24,918 nucleotides of DNA, from the NCBI GenBank assembly GCA_050011875.1, contig JBEKIG010000024.1, positions 1 through 24,918 on the forward strand, in the 5' to 3' direction. This DNA is from Nitrososphaeria archaeon. GTDB taxonomy: Archaea; Thermoproteota; Nitrososphaeria; JACIWG01. The notes beneath the pieces are model-generated. The model was not told the DNA's origin. It worked only from the letters and a program-made list of their open reading frames with translations, and ran no database searches. Both the position numbers and the translations under genes were made by a program. This document shows, in pieces, positions 18,603 through 24,918 of the stretch (its first letter is position 1; every line of letters starts with the position of its first letter).

Positions 18603-21600
18603 ATGGCAACCAAGTATGTAATGAATGGGACGATAAACTCGCCTCCATATACAAAAATTACGTGGCAGGTTTGGAATACTCCAGACATGACAGGTGCCTT
18701 ATCAGGCGTATCTAATCTTACAAATATATTTGTAGATTATACAGTTAATGACGATGTGGTCGCTGGGGGAAACGAGCAAGTTGCTCAAGTCCCACCTCCA
18801 ACACCTGAACAAAATGCAGTTACACCAAAAGTCTGGTATGTAATGAAGGCATTGTGTTCTGCTACTACGCCTGCTAATGGTTTAATTACTTGGAAGGTTG
18901 CCAATGATCCAGATTTAACTGGACAGTATTCTGGTTTTGAAACTGATACATTATCTAATATTGTAATTGATTATACAATAAATGATAGCGTTACATCTGG
19001 ACCACAGGCTGTTCCAGACTACCAATTAATTTATGGAGCTGCCTCTGGTGATTTGACAGGTGTTTATCCAGACCCAATTGTTGTTGCTATTCAAGGTCAG
19101 TCAATATCACGTGTTCCACCATCTTCTGGTCAAGTATTAGAGTGGAATGGAACTAATTGGATACCAACAGCACTTCCAACAGCACTTCCACCAGATGGTT
19201 CTGCTGGTGGCGATCTATCTGGAACATATCCAAATCCAACTGTTGCTAAATTACAAGGCAATACATTATCTGCAAGTTCTCCAAGACCTGGACAATTACT
19301 TGGATTTAATGGTTCAGCTTGGGTTCCAGAAGCTGCACCAGTTACATTTACTGCTGGTGGTGATTTATCTGGAAATAATTCAAGTCAAACAGTTATTGGT
19401 ATTCAAGGTAAATCAATTTCATCAACTTCTCCAACAGATGGATATGTTCTTACTTGGAGTGCTGCAACTTCTAAATGGGCACCTGCTGCTGTAACAACAG
19501 GTACAACAACATTGGGTGGAGATGTAACTGGTATTTCAAGTGCAAATACAGTTATAAAACTTCAAGGTATTGTAGTAAAATCTGGAACTCCAACTGATGG
19601 CTATGTATTAACATATTCAACGGCAGATAGTCAATGGGAACCAAAATCTGCACCAATTGGGTTTACTGCTGGTGGTGATCTTTCTGGCACAAATAGTTCC
19701 CAAGAAGTTACTGGTATTCTAAATAAATCATTACCATCTCTTCCGGTTTCAGATGGTTATTTAAATTATACTGGGTCTGCTTGGACATTTTCACCAATAA
19801 TTATGCCAACATCATTGCCACCTAATGGTTCTGCTGGTGGTGATCTATCTGGAAGTTATCCAAATCCAACTGTTGCTAAAATAAATGGTCATGCAGTTGC
19901 TTCTACTTCTCCAACTGATGGTTATTTATTAACTTGGAGTGCAGCAGATTCTCAATGGGAACCAAAAACTGCTCCAACACCTTTTACTGCTGGTGGAGAT
20001 CTATCTGGAACAAATACAAGTCAAACAGTTGCTGGCATTCAAGGCCAAACATTACCGGCTTTGCCGGTTTCTGATGGATATCTAAACTATACTGGGAGTG
20101 CTTGGCAATATTCTACAATAACCATTCCAACAACATTACCACCTTCGGGGGCTGCTGGTGGTGATCTTTCTGGAACATATCCAAATCCAACGGTTGCTCA
20201 GGTTAATGGTCATCCAATTTCTTATTATATTCCAACAAGTCTTCCACCTAATGGATCTGCTGGTGGAGATCTCTCTGGCACATATCCAAATCCAAAAGTA
20301 ACTCAACTTGATGGTTATGCAATTACACCACTTGCTACTGGTTATTTAAACTGGACTGGTTCTGCAATGGCTTGGACTGCTTTGCCTTCTGCACTACCAC
20401 CTAATGGAAATGCAGGTGGCAATCTCTCTGGAACTTATCCAAATCCAACAATATCTTCTCTTGCAGTTTCTAAACTTGCTGCTGGTAATGCTGGACAAAT
20501 TTTACTGAGTAATGGATCGCCAAATCCAACTTGGATAACAGTTATTGGCGATGTAACAATCTCATCTTCTGGTGTGACTACTGTCGCAAAGATTTACAAT
20601 ACTTCTGTTTCTTCTACTGCCCCAACTGATGGATATATCCTTCAATATCATTCATCTGGAACTCAATGGGCACCTACAAAAATTACAGGCGATGTAACAA
20701 TATCTAATGCTGGGGCAACAACTCTTGCAGCAATTGATGGACATACACTTCCATCCCCATCTGGATCAAATACTGTTTTAACCTACAACTCTGGCTCATT
20801 ATCCTGGGGAGCTGGTGGTTCTGGTATTACTGCTTTAACAGGTGATGTTACTGCATCTGGTTCTGGTTCTGTGTCTGCCACTGTTGCTGCAATTTCAGGC
20901 TCTTCGCCAATTGCAATAACTCCAAACGTTCTATCTTGGGCTGCTGCTTCAACTGCCCCAGAAATTACGCAAACTGCTGCTGCCTCAACATCTGGTGGAA
21001 ATGGTGCTGCTGGTATTAACTTAACCATTCAGGCACAGGCTGGTCAATCTGCAGCAGGTACTGGCAATAATGGTGGTGCAGGTGGTAATATAATTCTTCA
21101 GCCAGGTGCAGGTGGAGCTTCTCTTTATGCAACTGTTGGTTCTGCTGGATATGTAGAAGTTGTAAATGAAACATTATTCTTACCACAAACTTATGGATCA
21201 ATTACATATGGTTCAGTTAACTCTCAATTATTAACTTTGCAAACAACATCTGGTGCATATAGTTCTATTACAGTTTTAACATTGCCATTACCTGGAACTT
21301 CTGGTGCCCCATGTACAAAAGGTGTGCTTTATGTAGATATATGTGTTGCTATGGCAAGCACGACAACTGCTGTTGGAGCAACAATCAAGGCGTGTGGTGG
21401 CTGGGCTGTTGTATCTGCTGGATCACCAACTGCAATGGGCGTAACAAACTTACTAAATATTGGAACTAACTCTGGTGCTCCACCTTCTGGATGGGCAGCA
21501 ACAATGGCATTAGATGGTGGTTCTAATAACGTTTTAGTTAAGGTAACTGGTGATTCTTCACTTACAGTAGATTGCACTATTCAGGTTGACTGGAGATATG

Positions 21601-21608
21601 TCAAATGA
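18603..21608 (+). CDS. Long repeat-built tail/head fibre protein
   Basis: 1,001 aa with a duplicated N-terminal domain, about 13 GGDLSG/GDVT repeat units, a Gly-rich GGxGG segment and a C-terminal beta domain. Confidence 0.8.
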   Translation: MATKYVMNGTINSPPYTKITWQVWNTPDMTGALSGVSNLTNIFVDYTVNDDVVAGGNEQVAQVPPPTPEQNAVTPKVWYVMKALCSATTPANGLITWKVANDPDLTGQYSGFETDTLSNIVIDYTINDSVTSGPQAVPDYQLIYGAASGDLTGVYPDPIVVAIQGQSISRVPPSSGQVLEWNGTNWIPTALPTALPPDGSAGGDLSGTYPNPTVAKLQGNTLSASSPRPGQLLGFNGSAWVPEAAPVTFTAGGDLSGNNSSQTVIGIQGKSISSTSPTDGYVLTWSAATSKWAPAAVTTGTTTLGGDVTGISSANTVIKLQGIVVKSGTPTDGYVLTYSTADSQWEPKSAPIGFTAGGDLSGTNSSQEVTGILNKSLPSLPVSDGYLNYTGSAWTFSPIIMPTSLPPNGSAGGDLSGSYPNPTVAKINGHAVASTSPTDGYLLTWSAADSQWEPKTAPTPFTAGGDLSGTNTSQTVAGIQGQTLPALPVSDGYLNYTGSAWQYSTITIPTTLPPSGAAGGDLSGTYPNPTVAQVNGHPISYYIPTSLPPNGSAGGDLSGTYPNPKVTQLDGYAITPLATGYLNWTGSAMAWTALPSALPPNGNAGGNLSGTYPNPTISSLAVSKLAAGNAGQILLSNGSPNPTWITVIGDVTISSSGVTTVAKIYNTSVSSTAPTDGYILQYHSSGTQWAPTKITGDVTISNAGATTLAAIDGHTLPSPSGSNTVLTYNSGSLSWGAGGSGITALTGDVTASGSGSVSATVAAISGSSPIAITPNVLSWAAASTAPEITQTAAASTSGGNGAAGINLTIQAQAGQSAAGTGNNGGAGGNIILQPGAGGASLYATVGSAGYVEVVNETLFLPQTYGSITYGSVNSQLLTLQTTSGAYSSITVLTLPLPGTSGAPCTKGVLYVDICVAMASTTTAVGATIKACGGWAVVSAGSPTAMGVTNLLNIGTNSGAPPSGWAATMALDGGSNNVLVKVTGDSSLTVDCTIQVDWRYVK
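19041..20900 (+). repeat. About 13 tandem 35-55-aa fibre repeats (AGGDLSGTYPNPTV / AGGDLSGTNSSQ / GDVT types)
   Basis: The repeats are visible in both protein and DNA (gctggtggNgatctNtctgg). Confidence 0.9.
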
Positions 21609-22558
21609 TGTGTGGTCAAATGATTAATGGAAAAGCTCCATATGCAACGCATTTTGGCAATAATTGTTGTTTTGATGGCAGCAATTTATGGATAACTATT
21701 CCTGGATCGAATCTTATATACAAAATTAGATGTAGCGATGGTGCGATTCTTGGATCAGTTTCAACTGGAACTTATCCAATAAATTGCTGTTATGATAGTA
21801 ATACTGGGACCTTATTGGTATTAAATAATAATAATAATAACCAAGCTTCTATTACTTTTATTACAGCATCATCTATGGCAGTTGCTGGTACGTATACATT
21901 ACCTGCAAGTACTGATAAACAGTGTTATGGAATTACGTCTGATGGAACTTATGTCTATCCTTGTTCTGGGGTTTCTGGTAATTTGTATAAAATTATTATA
22001 AGTAATCGTCTACTAGATGATGGGGAAACAATTGCTGGATACGCCGCTGCTGTATATTATGATTCTTATAATAATTATTTGTGGGTGTCTTTACCTGGTG
22101 GTGGTGATCCCAATTCTCTTGCGAGAGTCAATGTATCTAATTTAAGTATTATGACAACATTTAATATTGGAAGCAATCCATATATAGAAAATTGTATGTT
22201 ATTAAACAATGTTTTGTGGTGTTTTGTTAACAGAGCTACTAATAATTTGGTAAGTATTAGTTCATCTGGTTCTGTTATAAATCAATATACTATTGGATCG
22301 TCTGCACTGCTTTGTGGGGCTACTGATGGAACTTATATTTATACCACACCATTTACTTCAACTGGCACAATCTACAAAGTGAATGCATCTAATGGTAACT
22401 TAACTGCAACTTTCACTTTACCAAATAACCTTGGTAATTTCTCTTTCTGTAAAAACATTATTTATGATGGGACTTATCTGTGGGCAGTAAATAGTGCAGG
22501 CGTTGCTGCTACACAATTAGATGTAAATGGAAATGTGATAAGAACAATAAACTTATAA
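21605..22558 (+). CDS. YVTN/YncE-like beta-propeller, putative receptor-binding or fibre-associated protein
   Basis: 317 aa with about 40-aa repeats (FDGSNLW, YDSNTG, SDGTYVY, YDSYNNYLW, TDGTYIY, YDGTYLW). ATGA overlap with the fibre gene. Confidence 0.7.
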   Translation: MMCGQMINGKAPYATHFGNNCCFDGSNLWITIPGSNLIYKIRCSDGAILGSVSTGTYPINCCYDSNTGTLLVLNNNNNNQASITFITASSMAVAGTYTLPASTDKQCYGITSDGTYVYPCSGVSGNLYKIIISNRLLDDGETIAGYAAAVYYDSYNNYLWVSLPGGGDPNSLARVNVSNLSIMTTFNIGSNPYIENCMLLNNVLWCFVNRATNNLVSISSSGSVINQYTIGSSALLCGATDGTYIYTTPFTSTGTIYKVNASNGNLTATFTLPNNLGNFSFCKNIIYDGTYLWAVNSAGVAATQLDVNGNVIRTINL

Positions 22559-22570
22559 GGTAAGTTAATA

Positions 22571-23179
22571 ATGAAACTATTAAATAAAGAAGAATTAAAA
22601 CAATTTGCTTCTGTTGGAGATAATGTCCAAATAGATTCGTCTGTTCAGTTTGTTCATCCAGAGAATGTCTCAATTGGAAGCAATGTTCGCGTTGATGCGT
22701 TTACAATAATTACAGCAACACATAAAATAACAATTGGAAATTACATTCATATTGCAGCATTTTGTCAATTACAAACCTCTGGTGGAGAGATAATAATTCA
22801 CGATTTTGCTGGAATTTCATCAAGGTGTAGTTTATTTACAGCATCTGATGATTATGTTGATGGTTTTATGACTGGACCAATGGTTGGAGAACAGTTTAAG
22901 AAATTAGACAAAGGCAATATTGTTCTTCATCGACATGCAATTGTTGGCTGCAATTTTATAATTATGCCAGGTATAACTCTTTGTGAAGGCGCATCTGTTG
23001 GGGCGTTATCATTTGTAAATAAAGATGTTAATGCTTATACTGTTGTAGCTGGCGTTCCAGCAAAACAAATAGCGTTGCGAGACAGAGAACAATTACAAGA
23101 GATGGAACAGATGTTTAATTGGTATGCTCGCGACTCGCTCGCATATAAACAAGAAGAAATCTATTATGCATTGGAGTAA
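22571..23179 (+). CDS. Left-handed beta-helix sugar acyltransferase, VioB-like (NDP-4-amino-4,6-dideoxyhexose N-acyltransferase / O-acetyltransferase family)
   Basis: Hexapeptide repeats (VGDNVQI, IGSNVRV, IGNYIHI), SDDY..FMTGP, and C-terminal GASVGALSFV...VAGVPAK. Confidence 0.85.
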   Translation: MKLLNKEELKQFASVGDNVQIDSSVQFVHPENVSIGSNVRVDAFTIITATHKITIGNYIHIAAFCQLQTSGGEIIIHDFAGISSRCSLFTASDDYVDGFMTGPMVGEQFKKLDKGNIVLHRHAIVGCNFIIMPGITLCEGASVGALSFVNKDVNAYTVVAGVPAKQIALRDREQLQEMEQMFNWYARDSLAYKQEEIYYALE

Positions 23180-23184
23180 ATAAT

Positions 23185-23379
23185 ATGTCATTAATGAGTA
23201 ATCATCAAATTATAGCAATATCATCTGGGGCGTCACTGGCTGCCTGTCAAGGTAATGGTGCCTCATCATTTGAGGTGGGTTTAGCTTTATGGTTGGCAAC
23301 CCATATATTATCGTATGTATGGAGTAAAAAAGATGTGGCTTATAAGTTTATTAAAAGCTTGTTTTCAAGGCATTCTTGA
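23185..23379 (+). CDS. Small membrane protein (holin-like candidate)
   Basis: 64 aa, GGAG SD, hydrophobic FEVGLALWLATHILSYVW and a basic tail. Confidence 0.5.
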   Translation: MSLMSNHQIIAISSGASLAACQGNGASSFEVGLALWLATHILSYVWSKKDVAYKFIKSLFSRHS

Positions 23380-23572
23380 ATGTCTATCAAGTGCAGAAGG
23401 TTTTCTGGCTTTAGCAGCTTTATTGGCAGTGACTTTCTTATGCTATCACAAGTGTTGTGGAGATATGGCATTTGCAGCAGTTTGCACAATGGTTCCAAGT
23501 ATTTTCGCATATTGCCAACACAAAATAGACTTAAAACAATTAGAGTCTTCTCTTCCGGAGAAAGGTAAATAA
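23333..23572 (+). CDS. Small two-TM membrane protein (holin-like candidate)
   Basis: GGAG at 23321-23324 favours ATG 23333 over 23315. Two hydrophobic segments and a charged C-terminus. Confidence 0.55.
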   Translation: MWLISLLKACFQGILECLSSAEGFLALAALLAVTFLCYHKCCGDMAFAAVCTMVPSIFAYCQHKIDLKQLESSLPEKGK

Positions 23573-23573
23573 A

Positions 23574-23714
23574 ATGATCGTAAAAGAAAATGGTAAATAT
23601 AAAGTAAAGTCAGAAGATGGCAGCAAAACACTTGGCACATATGCCACGAGAGGCGAAGCAAAAAAACGTTTAATGGAAATAGAATGGTTCAAATCTCATC
23701 CAAAGAAGAAATGA
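23574..23714 (+). CDS. 46-aa basic phage protein missing from the ORF track
   Basis: MIVKENGKYKVKSEDGSKTLGTYATRGEAKKRLMEIEWFKSHPKKK*. AAAGGT SD at 23561, and it fills the gap between flanking genes exactly (1-nt spacers). The LGTY..R.EA..RL..IE.FK pattern resembles small phage proteins. Confidence 0.8.
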   Translation: MIVKENGKYKVKSEDGSKTLGTYATRGEAKKRLMEIEWFKSHPKKK

Positions 23715-23715
23715 C

Positions 23716-23997
23716 ATGTCGCTTTTAAGACGTTCCATTGAGGCAGAACTGGCTATCAGAGCCAGGTTGGTTGAAACTATTTTAGAAATTGTATTATCAA
23801 AATATGAAATTGCTTCTTATGGGCACTCGAAGCGTGGGGAATGCTACCAGCTCGTTTGGGAGCAACTTGGATTTGCTGGACGTCATAGCAATGAATTGTG
23901 TAATTTTGTATCTAAAATCTTATTAGAAGAACTTGGTGTGCGTAAAGGCTGGTCACGAGGTGCTGCTGTCTTTTATGGACTAATTGCAAAAGCATAA
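23716..23997 (+). CDS. Hypothetical protein
   Basis: 93 aa, coupled to the previous gene and ending at the terminator-like inverted repeat. Confidence 0.65.
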   Translation: MSLLRRSIEAELAIRARLVETILEIVLSKYEIASYGHSKRGECYQLVWEQLGFAGRHSNELCNFVSKILLEELGVRKGWSRGAAVFYGLIAKA

Positions 23998-24051
23998 AAA
24001 TACCCAGCTGGTGGAAACACTATGTCAATAAAGTATCCAGCTGGGTATTTT
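23997..24051. terminator. Bidirectional terminator-like inverted repeat
   Basis: Perfect 15-bp arms AAAATACCCAGCTGG (23997-24011) and CCAGCTGGGTATTTT (24037-24051) with a 25-nt loop, between convergent transcription units. Confidence 0.7.
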
Positions 24052-24060
24052 GATTTTGGC

Positions 24061-24260
24061 ACACGAAGAAAATTAAGTGGCTGAATAACTCCAAGCTAAA
24101 GCATTGGAGGTTCCGAGGTTCAAAAAGCTTTTCTTCAAGCATTTGATTGCCTCATAGGCGTATCAGTATCGCCATTACTACCGATCTTTTTCTCGGTAGT
24201 AGAGATCAAAGCAGATGACTTTGCAATAGTAGAGATCAAAGCAGATGACTTTGCAATATT
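24061..24260 (-). ncRNA. Predicted TnpB reRNA/omegaRNA (scaffold plus guide; boundaries approximate)
   Basis: Established TnpB architecture: the scaffold overlaps the tnpB 3' end and the right end, and the guide is the flank beyond TCAG (CCACUUAAUUUUCUUCGUGU). The 5' boundary is a guess. Confidence 0.5.
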
Positions 24261-24918
24261 GAAACTCGCATTGACATCGGCATGACCAGTGTGGTTGCAA
24301 TGAGCACACTTGAATACTTTTCCATTACGTTTTCCAAGATGACCACATCTACTACAGTTTTGACTGGTATAGGCTGGATCAATATACTGCACTGGAATAC
24401 CTGCAAGTAGAGCCTTATAGGCGATCATAGCGCCTAATTGATAATAGCTCCAAGAGTTCAAGGTATAACGAAATGTTCTATTATTTTTCTTACTATTGCG
24501 AATACCAGTTAAGTCTTCTAACTTAATACCGCACTTATTATCTTTAGCAAACTGAACAATCTGCTTGCTAATCTTATGGTTAATATCTTTAACCTTTCTG
24601 CTTTCTTTTCCTTTAGTTTGCTTAAGCTTCTTATATAGTTTACAACGTTGCAAACTGCTACGCAAAGCCTTATACTTCTTATGGATATATGGTGCCTGCT
24701 TACCTAATTTGATAACTTTTCCGCTAATAGGCTCGCCTACTACCGCACAATGAGAAGTGGCATTGAGATCAACTCCAACAAACTTACTGGTTGCTAACTG
24801 TGCCTCATTCATCTTACTAAAAGCTATATAAGCATAAGTCTTATCTAATTCTATCTGATAGACTTTTGTTATTTGATGCTTGCTTTCATTAGTTAGCGTT
24901 AGTTTCAATGGAACTATT
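24135..24918 (-). CDS. tnpB: RNA-guided endonuclease TnpB (5' part outside the window)
   Basis: RuvC-I GVDLN, RuvC-II IKLEDL, zinc finger CSRC...CAHC and RuvC-III HADVNASFNI. The frame stays open past 24908 (I-V-P-L-K) to the window edge. Confidence 0.93.
   Translation of the reverse strand, partial: IVPLKLTLTNESKHQITKVYQIELDKTYAYIAFSKMNEAQLATSKFVGVDLNATSHCAVVGEPISGKVIKLGKQAPYIHKKYKALRSSLQRCKLYKKLKQTKGKESRKVKDINHKISKQIVQFAKDNKCGIKLEDLTGIRNSKKNNRTFRYTLNSWSYYQLGAMIAYKALLAGIPVQYIDPAYTSQNCSRCGHLGKRNGKVFKCAHCNHTGHADVNASFNIAKSSALISTIAKSSALISTTEKKIGSNGDTDTPMRQSNA
24197..24258. repeat. Perfect 30-bp tandem duplication in the tnpB 3' end
   Basis: TAGTAGAGATCAAAGCAGATGACTTTGCAA x2, encoding IAKSSALIST twice. 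Confidence 0.95.

Larger units (their letters stand above)
24081..24918 (-). mobile_element. IS200/IS605-family element, right part
   Basis: On the minus strand, tnpB is followed by the subterminal hairpin CTCCAA-tGC-ttta-GC-TTGGAG and a TCAG tetranucleotide (24084-24081), resembling IS605-type right ends. The left end is outside the window. Confidence 0.7.

Noticed and set aside
18603-22558. Diversity-generating retroelement acting on the fibre or propeller
   Set aside because: No reverse transcriptase and no TR/VR pair with adenine-specific mismatches were seen in the window.
3434-23566. Recurrent AAAGGT upstream of starts as evidence of a non-canonical anti-SD host
   Set aside because: Other genes use GGAG or GAGG, and AGGT is simply the 3' half of the canonical AGGAGGT.
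24023-24028. Minus-strand TTGACA inside the terminator loop
   Set aside because: There is no acceptable -10 element at 16-18 nt spacing.
24197-24258. Possible mini-CRISPR beside a Cas12f-like nuclease
   Set aside because: The two 30-bp copies are directly adjacent with no spacer and lie inside the CDS.
109-24753. Short antisense and alternative-frame ORFs in the track (e.g. 1262-1822, 11671-12096, 19147-19494, 24565-24753)
   Set aside because: They are nested in longer well-supported genes, lack recognisable motifs, and look like shadows of biased codon usage.
1-24918. Stop-codon reassignment (no called gene ends in TAG)
   Set aside because: Genes are full length and densely packed under the standard code, with no in-frame TAG needing read-through.

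Overview
A contiguous, almost entirely + strand late (virion morphogenesis) region of a tailed dsDNA phage with podovirus-like gene order. It runs from the 3' end of a probable scaffold gene through an inserted adenine DNA methyltransferase, the major capsid protein, small head genes, a head-tail adaptor, a fibre/spike, a ~1,000-aa tail nozzle-like protein, a GNAT-like protein and five ejection/pilot-type proteins (two with Peptidase_S74 self-cleavage motifs). It continues with a 1,001-aa repeat-built fibre, a beta-propeller, a VioB-like sugar acyltransferase and small membrane genes. The window ends in a convergent IS200/IS605-type tnpB with its right end. The strongest unexplained signal is a D-G-Y tripeptide found 17 times in six predicted surface virion proteins and never in the ejection or non-virion proteins, which with the nearby sugar acyltransferase suggests a virion modification sequon. 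Other signals are near-total CCG/CGG avoidance in the phage core, a candidate RF2-like +1 frameshift joining two tail genes, prion-like proteins fused to full and truncated S74 chaperones, and a methyltransferase built from two complementary half-degenerate modules. All functional calls come from motif recognition and synteny, all counts were made by eye, and no searches were run.
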